Under the pieces are notes generated by a model that worked only from the letters and a program-made list of their open reading frames with translations, had not been told where the DNA came from and did not search any database. This document shows, piece after piece, positions 39,728 to 52,160 of a DNA stretch of 64,000 nt. Both the position numbers and the translations under genes were made by a program. Within the stretch, counting starts at the first letter, position 1, and every line of letters begins with the position of its first letter. Source of the stretch: Octopus vulgaris (Eukaryota). The DNA is taken from contig OX597819.1 in NCBI GenBank assembly GCA_951406725.2, forward strand, positions 23,932,001-23,996,000, written 5' to 3'.

Positions 39728-40280
39728 TGTAGTGACGTTATACAACAGTGCGCGCGCGCAATGTCCTCTTCAGTGTGCGTGTGCGGGTTTGGAGCCTTCT
39801 GGAAAGGCAGAAGGGAAGTGCCCTCTCGCGCATGCGCGAAGCACTGAAGAAGGAAATGCTGATGTGGCATTAGTTGATAGACGAGGGAGGTTCCCTTAAC
39901 AAAGGGGTACAGAGAGACAGGCAGTAGCAGAACGCCTTTCATGCGAGGTTGTTGCAGACCAATTTTACTCCGCTGTCTCTGGACGCTAAGACTTGAGGCA
40001 CAGCGATCGAAGAGAAAGGATGTATTTTCATACGTGTGATCAACCTATTCTCCTGTCCCAGACGCTTGGGATTTAACCTATCTATTGCTGCTGAATTGTT
40101 GTAAGAATGGATACCAGTATACCATCGTGTTTCATTTTTGCATAAGAAAATAAAGAATTATATATTTCTAAACTTGCTTTTCGTTCCTGACTGGTAGTTT
40201 CTAGAAACAAAAAGAAAGGAAATTGTGTTGCACCCAAGTTGCACCCCAAAAGTGTAAAGAAGCAACGAGTTCCCGTTACA
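39728..40280. mobile_element. Solo LTR (Gypsy-like)
   Basis: Starts TGTAGTG and ends CGTTACA. 4-bp TSD TAAT at 39724-39727 and 40281-40284. GC-rich front half, AATAAA near 40149. Confidence 0.72.
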
Positions 40281-41141
40281 TAATTAACCAAGGAATGGCG
40301 AAGAAAGTAATTACGTAGTAATATCCATTAGCTTACTGCTGTTTCATTTATGAGGAACTTATGCACCCAGATTTGAGTGACTGTGTGGCATCCGTGAGGG
40401 CGCACAGTTCCTTACGACCGAAACAGCCATAAACTACTAATCAAGAAGATCATGTAACTTCTAGTCTTTTAACATTCATATGCGTGTGTGTGTATGTGTA
40501 TATGTGTATATGTGTATATGTCTGTCTGTGTGTTTGCGTGTATTTATTTGTGCGCATGCAAGAGCCTGTGTGGTCGGTGGGTGGAGATAATGATTTGAAG
40601 AGAAGAGTAGACAGAGTGACAAAAGAAACTCGATTCATGTTGTGAAGTGTTTGCCGCTTCAAATTGTCCAACAAAAATCATTAGTGATGATTTATTGCAA
40701 GAGAATAATATAATAAAGCGGGGGAAGTTTAGCAGCGTTAAGGAACACGAGACGTTCGTAGACGGGTAGTATATATATACACCCTGTGTGTTTTTATTTT
40801 TTATTTTATTTATTACCATTATTTATTTATTTATTTATTTATCTATTTGTTCATTTCTATTATTTTTGACATATCTTTAGTTTCTTTAATGCTTCACAAA
40901 TATGAGGTGACTGAAGTAATACAAGAGTAAATATATTTAAATAATAAATATCAGGGTGAAAAGGAAAGAAACAAAAGAACAAGGTGGGGGGTCGGGGAAA
41001 TGACACAAAGAAAAGAAAATAGGAGGAAAGGCGCCCAAAATGTAAATTATATAATGCAGAATATATAAGCAATATAAAAGAAAACAGAAAAAGGCAAAAC
41101 AAAAATCGAAACAAAAACTCAAAAATTAATAAGTAAAAGAA

Positions 41142-41217
41142 ATATAGCAGAGGAGAAACAAAAATTGAGGAATTTAAAGAAATTTATAGATACATACATA
41201 CATATATACACACACAT

Positions 41218-41272
<55 letters not shown>

Positions 41273-41280
41273 TATATGTA

Positions 41281-41314
<34 letters not shown>

Positions 41315-41366
41315 TGTATCTATAAATTTCTTTAAATTCCTCAATTTTTGTTTCTCCTCTGCTATA
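41142..41366. repeat. ~68-bp perfect inverted repeat around microsatellite
   Basis: 41142-41210 is the reverse complement of 41299-41366. Confidence 0.9.
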
Positions 41367-41379
41367 TATATATATATGC

Positions 41380-41825
41380 TTTAAGGCATATATATATATA
41401 TTAATAAATAAAATAAAAGATATGCATATATATAAACATATATGTACGTACCTACCTCTACATGAACATATACACGCATATATGAGTACAGGACACCAAA
41501 AGGACGTCGAACACAATGAGAAACGAAAACATAGACACAAACCAAAGGAACTGGGCATTTTTTTAAAAACAGCAAAAAAATAGAGTACAGGACAATTAAC
41601 ACAAAGAACAAACCCCTTCTTCAGTCGCTAAATGTTTCATCTACTCTACGTTTCGAAGGATAAAAGCGAGACGTATCTTCGACAAGAAAACTTTCCTTCC
41701 TGCGAAAAGCAAATCAATTAAAATTCTGAGATCTTTTCGCAGAGGGGTAAAAAATAGTAAAAACAGGACAGTAACGACAGTGCAAATTGTAAACAGTAAA
41801 AGACAGGACAAGGAAAACGAGATAA
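41380..41825 (-). mobile_element. Penelope-like terminal repeat related to 13090-14130
   Basis: Shares GTAGAGGTAGGTACGTACATATATG, GGTGTCCTGTACT and TCGCAGGAAGG...CCTTCGAAAC...CTGAAGAAGGGG. Confidence 0.6.
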
Positions 41826-41864
41826 TATATACATGCTTTAACGCTCACAGTATACAATATATAC

Positions 41865-41929
<65 letters not shown>

Positions 41930-41934
41930 AGCTA

Positions 41935-42265
41935 TTTTTTTACTCTTTTATTTGTTTAAGTTATTTGACTGTGGCCATGCTGGAGCACCGCCTTTAGCCG
42001 AGCAAATCGACCCTAGGACTTACTCTTTGTAAGCCTAGTACTTATTCTCTTGGTCTCTTTAGCCGCACCGCTAAGTTACGGAGACGTAAATAGCAATGGT
42101 TGTCAAGCGATGTTAGGGGGACAAACACAGACACACAAACATATGCACACACATACATGCATATATACATATATACGACGGGATTCTTTCAGTTTCCATC
42201 TACCAAATCCACTCACAAGACTTTGGTCGGCCCGAGGCTATAGTAGAAGACACTTGCCCAAGGTC
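41935..42265 (-). mobile_element. SINE family C lacking the tRNA head
   Basis: Matches the family-C body up to CTTGCCCAAGGT. Confidence 0.85.
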
Positions 42266-42876
42266 CCTAAACACCGGGAGTGAGTATTCTTGACCTTCGC
42301 CTAGAAATACACATGCAGACATGTGTCTGTGTGTGTGTGAGAGAGAGAAAGAGAGAGAGAGAAAGAGAGAAAGAGAGAGAGAGAGAGAAAGAGAGAGAGA
42401 GGCTGTATTTCCTCATAACATATAGAAAAATTGATGTCTTTAAATGCAATTTTTTGTATTCAAGCCGATAGTTGTTCTTGACAAACAACGGCAGTAATTT
42501 TATTTAGCTGAATGCACGTCATTGATTGGTTGAAATTACCGAAATAGGACTACTTTGACGTGAAATTACTTCGTAAATACAAGTTTTTCTCAAAAATGCT
42601 AAGAGTAAAACACGTTTTATATGACACATTATACCAGTGTCCGAAGTTTGAAAGTGTTTAGTTACTAAAAATTATTTTTTAAATCTGTAGGTCAAAAGGT
42701 AAAGATCCTTGATCTGTGTAACATCATAGGCTGTAAAATAAATACTAAGTGTCGCCGTAGAAAGGTTGATATTCACAGTGATGAAGAATACAAGGACTGT
42801 TAAAAAAACATTATCTTGAAACTGATTAGAAGGAGTGGAATAACATTTCTATAATTATATTGAAAGTTGGCAGAAA

Positions 42877-43095
42877 CGGCGAGTTGGCAGAAACGTTAGC
42901 ACGCCGGGCGAAATGCGTAGCCGCATTTCGTCTGCCGTTACGTCGTGAGTTCAAATTCCGCCGAGGTCGACTTTGCTTTTCATCCTTTCGGGGTCGATAA
43001 ATTAAGAACCAGTTACGCACTGGGGTCTATGTAATTGACTTAATCCCTTTGTCTGTCCCCTCTATGTTTAGCCCCTTGTGGGCAATAAAGAAATA
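42877..43095 (+). mobile_element. Meta-type SINE
   Basis: Family match. Flanking duplication TATAATTATATTGAAAG at ~42850 and ~43096. Confidence 0.9.
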
Positions 43096-43716
43096 TATAA
43101 TTATATTGAAAGAGCCGCTGAGGTTTTGCCAAGCTTTTGAATTTGTTTTCCAGATATATTTGCGAGTATTGTGAGTGGTGTTAAATCAGGCAAATCTTCA
43201 TGTTCGTAGTACTTGAAAGTGAAAGTTGTTATATGTTTGAAGTCCAAGCCACAAGTAAACTTTCAACACCCGCACGCTTCACTGTTGTGGGGGGAGGGGA
43301 AGTTCCATACATAAACTAAGAGAGACATACATGTACATTAAGGCACACGTGAAGCCTATCTCTGTCTCTGTGTGTGTCTGTCGCTGTCTTTAGATGGGCT
43401 TGTGTGTCAGTCGTCACAAAAATGTATGTATACTGACACACATACACCGTTACGTTAATACTTGTCGGTCATCGGCCTAACGTAGGTAGCGAACGTGCGA
43501 ACACAGGCATATAGAACATGTGACGTCATAGTCATTGTGGTGGTGGTATAAAATGTCGATAGGTGACTAAGAGAAAAATGATTATGTTAAATTTTGCAAT
43601 GCAAATATGTGAATGAAAATAGAGTTTATTGGGTAGCCAAAAGCTTACTGAATCTTTTGTTACCTCTTACGTGAAAATGGGCAACTCGGTTTTGGAATGC
43701 ATAAGGAACATACACG

Positions 43717-43798
<82 letters not shown>

Positions 43799-43924
43799 CT
43801 CTCTTTTGTAGTAATATATATATGTATTATTTATTATATATATATATAAATATATATATACTAGCTGAAGGTGACCCGCTCTACGCGCGGGTAAGAGTGT
43901 GGTTGTTACTTTCTGTTGCTTCCT

Positions 43925-44240
43925 TTCAGCACGTAAAAAGCACCATCCGAACGTGGCGGATTGCAGCGCCGCCTTGACTGGCTTCTGTGCTGGTGGCACG
44001 TAAAAAGCACCAACCGATCGTGGCCGCTGCCAGCCCCCTGGCACCTGTGCAGGCGGCACGAAAAAAGCACTCACTACGCTCACAGATTGGTTGGCGTTAG
44101 GAAGGGCATCCACCTGTCGAAACACTGCCAGATCAGACTGGAGCCTGGTGCAGCCTCCTGGCTTCCCAGACCCCTGTCAAACTGTCCAACCCGTGCTAGC
44201 ACGGAAAACGGACGTTAAACGATGATGATGATGATGATGA
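43925..44240 (+). mobile_element. 3' part of a SINE ending in (GAT)n
   Basis: GGCACGTAAAAAGCACC subrepeats, GTTGGCGTTAGGAAGGGCATCC, GGACGTTAAACGATGATG tail. Confidence 0.75.
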
Positions 44241-44929
44241 TTCTCCCTCTTTGTTTCTTTCTCCTTTCTCTCTCACTTTCCCACTCTCTTACTCTTCCTT
44301 TCTCTCGGACTCTCCCTCGCTTTCTCTTACTCTCTATCTTTATGTATCTCTCTCCCATTTATAAACAACAAAAGATCTTGAGTAAGTTGAGAAATAAAAT
44401 ATTTAGAAAGATCAATCATAAATATCAGGCAGTTACAAAGGAAAGGTCTGCTTCAAGACAGACAGCAAAACACTAACATTGAAAAGGGACAGACGAACTT
44501 GCGAGCTGAATAAAAATAATAAAATATTGGAAACCAAAGTTTGAAGGGATAGAATTTGAGGATAGTAGAGTCACCATGGCTGGCATTTCTTAACGACGGA
44601 CAGCAACGTATTGACAGTTCAACGGCTGGCGTAAAATTTTGAACTTGATGTAAAAGAAAATCCCTAAAAACCAAGTTTTGACTTGATTCTTTCTGACGAC
44701 AGTAGACTCACGATGGCAAGCATTCAAAACTTCTTCATCATGGACGGCAACACATTGACGATTAAAAGGCTGGAGCAAATTTTTTAGCTTGATGTAACAG
44801 AGAATTGCTAAACACCCGTTCCTTTAAATTTTAATCCCCTTCCAGCCCCATTTATACCCCTTTTCACCTTTTGGTTAATATAACCCGATTTCATTTGGGT
44901 CTACTGGGGCCACATTTTATAAGATGAGG

Positions 44930-45127
44930 ACTCAACCAAGTTTCCCAAGTTCTGGTCATAGACCATAGAACACTCAACCAAGTTTCCCGATTTCTGGTCA
45001 TAGACCATAGAACAGTCAAGCAAGTTTCCCGAGTTCTGGTCATAGACCATAGAACACTCAACCAAGTTTTCCGAGTTCTGGTCATAGACCATAGAACACT
45101 AAACCAAGTTTCCCGAGTTCTGGTCAT
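44930..45127. repeat. 42-bp minisatellite, ~4.7 copies
   Basis: Unit ACTCAACCAAGTTTCCCGAGTTCTGGTCATAGACCATAGAAC starts at 44930, 44972, 45014, 45056 and 45098. Confidence 0.95.
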
Positions 45128-45373
45128 TTGCAGAATAAATAGAGACGGCGGAGGTGGCAGACGCCGTTGCAATGTAAACATGATTTGTTATAAGAGAAAG
45201 ATTGTCCAGATTGTGTGTTGGTGGTGTTGGTGGTGGCGATGATAATTATCATTAGGAAAAAGAGTGAGTGAGTGAGGAAGACATACATAAGTTGTGGCGA
45301 TGATAATTGTAGACCCCTTTTCACATTTTGATGAAGGGAACCCGATTTCATTCGGGTGTACTGGGGCCACATA

Positions 45374-45426
<53 letters not shown>

Positions 45427-45987
45427 ACGCTGTAGAAATTAAATTAGAGATAAAACCACTAATAGGGAAATGAAACAGTAAAAAACCAAAAACAAAAACA
45501 TAAAATAAAAATATAATATTAGATATATGTATATATGTGTGTGTGTGTTGACAGGTAGACAATAGAATGCGATGGCGATGGGGATGGCGATGTAATATTT
45601 GTTACTGTCCATGAACGCTGATAGATACATGAGTAAAATGTATAGGAAGGTAAGAGATAGAGTGAGTGAAAATGTTCTTGGAAGAGAGTAAATAGCTACA
45701 GAGTGATTTGAGGAAGACTTTACATTAAATAACGGTAGTTGCATTGTCAAATGAAGAGGAGTGACAGAGTACTGGAGGAAATAGGGTGAGGTAGGAAGAT
45801 GGCCCCTAGCAACCACACCTTTTAAGATAGGGATTTCTAAGGTAGCCCACGCGCATCGTCACCTCATTCTACATGTCCCTGTAAATTTTGGAGCGAATCG
45901 GACGGGATGTAGTGGCATTGAAAGCGAACCAAGCGGTAAAAACGCATTTCAGTTTTATATATAGAGATATGTGTGTGTGTGTGTATA

Positions 45988-46290
45988 AGGCGCATGGTTT
46001 AGTGGTTAGGGTGTTGCACTCACGATTGCAAGATCGTAGGTTCGATTCCCAGACAGAGCTATGCGTTGTGTTCCCGAGCAAAGCACTTCATTTCACGTTG
46101 CTCTCTGATGATTTCGACATCTCACATATGGCACCCAGTTGCACCTGTACAGGTACTGCCGATTGGAGGGAGAGAGTGAGATTATGTCTACAAAAACATT
46201 TGCTCACTATAAACAAATCATCTGTGTGGTTGTTCGGTAAGAAATTGTCGAGCACTCATACGTCGACTAACACCGGGAGAGTCCATTATA
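45988..46290 (+). mobile_element. tRNA-derived SINE (family B-like head, another tail)
   Basis: GGCGCATGGTTTAGTGGTTAGGG...GTTCGATTCCC. Confidence 0.75.
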
Positions 46291-46298
46291 TATATATC

Positions 46299-46329
<31 letters not shown>

Positions 46330-47217
46330 TGAGATAGGGGTTGTGAGTGTAACCCTCTATGGGATAACATATATCCAATATACTGCCAGTAAAGCACCCA
46401 ATAAAGTTAATACATAAATGCTAAGAATTGCGATGCAAATAATTCATACTGTTTTGTTCTGTATTATTGTGTTTGATCTTGATGTTCCTATGTAGTTTGT
46501 TAATAAATTATGTGAATGGGTATTATCTGGTAGTTGATTTTTGATTAAAGTGTATTCCTCCATTTTCTTATTTTGTATATATATATATATAAATAGGTGA
46601 ATGAATTATCCTATGTTTATCGTTAGCATGGAAAATTCATTTAACCGAAACCTGGGTAACAAATTCACGTCAGAAACATAATATATCGAACGAAGATGTT
46701 AACAAAATTCCTTTACTCTCGACATATGTTTCGAATTTTGTTAACATCTTCGTTCGACTCGATTCTTTCATTTATATATATATATATATATATATATATG
46801 ACATGAATTGAATTTGAGGCGAAGGAGAAACAAATATTATCATGCGGAATCAGAAAAGCAAATACAGAGCGTTTACATGACTTCTGCCAATCTGGGATAT
46901 TTAAAGTATACAGAGCATTCTGTAGTTCTATATAGAGCATGGCATATTTTTGGAGGCTGCAGGAGAGTGCATTTGTTTTGTAATTAGTCAACCATCAACT
47001 TCATTAGCAACCACGATGTGAAAACAAGAATATAGACTACAATAGACGTGCCTGGTTCGACAAAGTACTTTATCTTTTGTTTGTTTACATTAACCGATTT
47101 TATAGATAAGCTCCAGCTTCGCAAGACACTGTGGCTCATGGGAGTGGGTGAGGCTGTACAAACACACACATGCACGTACATACAAGTGCATAAAGAATAC
47201 TCCCTCCCCTGTGTATG

Positions 47218-47274
<57 letters not shown>

Positions 47275-47323
47275 ATGTATGTGTGTATATGTATGTATAT
47301 ATATGCATGTATATATATATATG

Positions 47324-47411
<88 letters not shown>

Positions 47412-47869
47412 ATGGTGTTTATTTGGTTACGGAAACAAGTATGAACTGTCAGACTCTTAGTGGGAGTGGGTGTCAGATTTAGCACATTGACATAGATTCT
47501 TCTGAGAATAGAAATCAGGTGTGCACACCATTTTGACGTGTTTCTGTCGCATCTGTTACACACAAAGGTGATAGCCATTGTAAAAAGGGAGAGATGAACA
47601 TTACATCTCTGTGCTTAATTTTGTAATTAATTATATACGATATCATGTTCTCCCACCCCATTGCCTATTACCATTTTAAGTGTTTAAATAAGTTGGGACT
47701 TTGGTGTGTCAGTCCACCAAAAAACTATTAATTTTGAGTTCTTTTGCTCACCTTTACCACTTTTCTATTTCCGATATAATCTTGCTCAATTAAAATTTTC
47801 TTGATTACTACATGATGTGCCTTGACTATTACTCCAGCCTTATGTTCTATTAATCATAAATAGCTGTCG

Positions 47870-50800
47870 ATTGATAGAAGGGTTAGAGAGAGCGTCAGAC
47901 AAAATGCGTCGCAGTGCATAACAATGGCACGCTTTATGTTCTGAGTTTAAATCACCCTGTTCACCTTTAGAACAAATTATTAGCTAAATACTGAGGTCAA
48001 CTTAAATGTTCGTAAGAGATAATCTAAATGTTAATGGAATCATAAGAGAAAACGGTAGTATGGTTTTTGTATTAGAATTGATTTGTTTTAGATCGATACA
48101 AGAACTATTGGCTTTTATAAAAGAAATAGAGATTGATTGATTTGAGTCCAGTATATTATTGATACTTATTTCATCGTTTCGCGGTGGATAAAATAAAATC
48201 GTTTCTGGTAGGAATTGAACTCAAAATAATTTCTTATATAAACACATAACCGTAAATTTTTGGGGTGGATGGGAGAGTTGTAAATCGAGTAATTCGACCT
48301 CCTTATACTTGATTAGTACTTTATCGATCCCAGAAAGATGAAGGCTAAAGTTGACTTTGGCAGGATTTCAGATCAGAAACTGAAATATCGGAATGAATAG
48401 CGCAAGGCATGTTTTCAGGCGCTCTAACGATTCTGCTTTTTCTGATTTTCATCATAAGCAATGGGGTCACATAGGTTAGGGAAGGGAACATTCAATATAT
48501 GAATACCCACCCCATAAGATAAACGGATCTTTATTCTATTGCTCACGGAATGATGAAAACACGGAAAACAACGTTCGTAGTATTCTTGAAACTCAGAACA
48601 TAAAATGACAAATATATATGCTACAATAGTTCTTTGCTCCACCGATTTATCTATTAATCTAAACAAGTCTAAAGCTCGCAACATATTTTATTGTTCACTG
48701 AAAGATGGAAGAAACACGAAAAATTACGTAGATATACGCTACAAGACATAGATATACGCTACAACAGTCCACCGATTCATCTATTCGCCTAAACAAACCT
48801 AAACCCCGCTACATATTTAGTTCAGCGCTCCATAAGATTCGTCACACCCAATGTCCTCTGCTATATTAAATGATATTCAAGTAATTACCCAGAGGGATGA
48901 CAAACTTGTCATTGATTTTTGCAGAAAGAAGAGAGTTGAGTCAATACTTAAACTCTGGAGAAACAATAAACCTTTAAGAAAACAATAATGTAAATTTTAA
49001 AAATTATATATGAAAAACATACATATTATACAGAAAACGCTTGAAACAAACCGAGAACTATTTAAAAAATGAGTCATGCGATAATTCTGCAAAATGCATT
49101 AGAAAGATACACGATGGGTGTAAACAGAGTTTCTTTTCTAATTTGATAAAGTTCAGGGCAACTGCTCCAAAACTAACATTACCATGCTTTGTATTTTTGG
49201 GGTATCGCTATCCACCCAATTACACCAGTGAAATAATAAAAAATACACTGGTCTTTTAAGAGAAAGATAATCAAGGAGTCAAGAACCCTACATCCCTCTC
49301 GGTCCTGTTATCTAAGTTTGTGTCACGTGTCAAACGTTAAAGTTTCCCACCTTCATTTTTGATTTCTTCACTTAAGTACAAGGTACAACCATGAGAATTG
49401 TGTAGTTCATGTTTTTGTTAAGATTACCAGCGATGTGTGTGTGCATGTGTGTGCATGTGTGTGTGTGTGTGTATGTGTGTGTGCGTGTGTGTGTGTACAT
49501 GTGTGTGTGCATGTGTGTGTGTGTGTATGTGTGTGTGCGTGTGTGTGTGTGAAAGGAACAAATTTCAAACAAAATTACAATCCAGCTCGCAACTTAGCTG
49601 ACCAAGTATTTATCTCTGGCTCCGCAGCACCTTCCATCTGAATTTTACACAGCAAATGTCTATAATTAAAAATTCTGATAAAAGTTATTGGGACACCAAA
49701 TAGATTGCGTTGCAGTATTGCTTCTAATTCTCCACGCTCTGAGTTCGAATCCCGCCGAGGTCAGCGTTTCCTCCTTTCATGGTCGATAGCAAAATAGAAA
49801 TCTAGGGCGGTGAAACAAGAACTCTTTATTTTGAAACTCAGGATAATACGCTAATATAGGTCCCTTGTACCAATCAAACCTATATATGTGTACATATACA
49901 AGCATAAAACACCTGATGACGATGGCATGTCAAACTGATCGAAATATGATGTTGATGTCAATATTAATTTCTCACATTAACACAAGGCTACGCGTTTGAA
50001 CGGTTGTGGGAAAGATGCAGTGTATTATATAGATTCAGTACGTTTATTGATTTTTAGCGATTCTGGAAAGATGAATGTCTGAATTGATCTTAATGGGATT
50101 CGAAATTAGAACATAAAGATCATAATTAGAATTTCTGACATTTTGCCGGTTACTCTGTTGAGTCTGCAATCCACTGTAGATTCAACAGATACATCTACAT
50201 TAAATATTTGTAGATTTAAATATTTAATGTAGATGTAAATGAGATCCAAAAAAATGATAATTATCCCTAATTACCACAAATTAATAATGAAATTACGAAG
50301 AACTCATCTCAAGCATTTTGATATTTGATTAATTAAAGAAGCTTGCAATAAAAAAAAAACTCTCCTTCCCAAATAAAGAAATAATAAAGAAATCAACTAA
50401 AAACAACAAGTAGAAGCGTAATAACTTTGAACTCAAAAAGATACTTAAACAAAAGTTATGTGTCAAAATTTGAAACCAATATTAAGAAGATACAATCATG
50501 TGGCACAGTTATTAGTTTGTATATGTCGAAGACGGCAAGCTGGTAAAAACATTGGCTTAACGGTATTTTTTCTGGTCTTTACGTTCTGAGTTCAAATATC
50601 GTCATGGTTGACTTTGTCTTTCAGCCGTCTGGGTCAGGATAAAATAAGTATGACTTGGACACCGGGGTCAATCTAATCGACTTACCGTCTCTCCACAAAT
50701 TTCCAGGCCATGGGGGGAGGGCACGAGCCGGCACGATCGTCAGAGCATCGGAAAAATTACATTTCGGTATTTCTTTCTGAGTTCATATCATTGTGTAGTC

Positions 50801-51770
50801 AGCCTTTCATTCTTTCGGGGTCACTAAAATAAAATATTGTTCAAGTATTGCAGTCGATGGTATCGATTATCCATTTTTCTTAAAAATTGCTCGCCTTATG
50901 CCTAAATTAGAAACCGTTGTTTCATCTAACAATAATCCTTTGTCAAACAAACTTACAGTGAAAGTTGTTCCAACCGTTCCCATTCTCTTACTAACTTTTC
51001 ATAGTTGTATTCAGGATTGTTTTATCCAGTGTCTGCTTTCATTTTACCAGTACAGTTACGGTGTGATTTGAGGGATAAATAAATAGTGTTTCTAGCATGT
51101 TAGGTGACAATGTAGCAGCTTCTTCGTTACCATGCGTTAATGGTAATTTTATTGTTCGAAACGCATAAGGCGGCGAGCTAGTTGATTCCTAAGGGTGTCA
51201 TAAAAATTCGTTATTTACATTTTAATTTAAAATCCCAACAAGTGTCAGCTTTGCCTTTCATCATTTAAGGGTCGAAAATTTATAATACCAGTCAAATACT
51301 GAAGTCTATGTAACAGACTGACCCTTTGCTCCTAAAATTTCTGACCTGGTGCCAAATTGTCAAAAGAATATTGGAGATGCATAAGGTAGCAAGCCTTCAA
51401 AGTCCCTGGAGCGTCGTATAGTTTTTTGCGGTATTTGTTCCAAGTGGTTCCGTGCCGAGTTAAAATTCCCGTGAGATCAACTGTGTTTTTCCTCATCCAG
51501 AGGCCAATAAAATAAAGTACGAGACAGGTAGTCGATGGTAACGACTAACTACCGTCATCTAAATTTGTTGGCCATGTACTTAAATCAGATTATTAAAATT
51601 ATTAAAATTGATTTACGTTCTGAGTTCAAATTCTTCCTAGGTCGACTTCTGCTTTACATCCTTATGGTGGTCGATAAGATAAGTAGCAGTTGAGCTCCGG
51701 GGCCAATCTAATCGATTTACCCACTCCTCTAAAATTGCTGGCTTTGTACCGAAATTTAAAACTATCATTT
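47870..51770. mobile_element. Cluster of many old, decayed Meta-type SINE copies
   Basis: Recurrent TTCTGAGTTCAAAT...GTCGACTTTGCCTTTCATC-like words near 47940, 48340, 49740, 50590, 50780, 51250, 51460 and 51620. Confidence 0.7.
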
Positions 51771-52084
51771 TAAAGTTGCGTATACAGGACACTTCAATGA
51801 AAGAGGTTTCTTATGTTTATCGACACCAGAATAAATTCTTGAAGAAACCTTTCCTTACGAACTATTATTATCATCACTTTTTAAAATTAAAATGCTAATA
51901 ATATATGCAAATGGAAATAGCTAATATTCCAATCCGCCCGGCTGCGATGTAATATAATTCCCATTTATTACGCTTTTGTTGATCAATGTCAATGGGAAAC
52001 GCACCAGCTGCATTTAAAAAGGTTCCAAGCGTCGTCGCCGTCATGATGATGATGATGATGATGATGATGATGGTCTTCTCTCCC

Positions 52085-52156
<72 letters not shown>

Positions 52157-52160
<4 letters not shown>

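Larger units (their letters stand above)
43861..45967 (-). mobile_element. Larger non-autonomous Helitron with nested repeats
   Basis: Left end CTAG plus hairpin ACCCGCTCTACGCGCGGGT. Right end TTTTATATATAGAGA|T like the other Helitrons. The two ends could belong to separate copies. Confidence 0.55.

Noticed and set aside
42283-42708. Possible MITE with GGATCTTTACCTTTTGACCTAC end
   Set aside because: The left end is too degraded and no TSD is visible.
44930-45127. CRISPR-like regular repeats
   Set aside because: Units are contiguous with no unique spacers, there are no cas genes, and the context is eukaryotic.
48570-48825. Diverged ~130-bp local tandem duplication
   Set aside because: An ordinary old duplication with no further structure.
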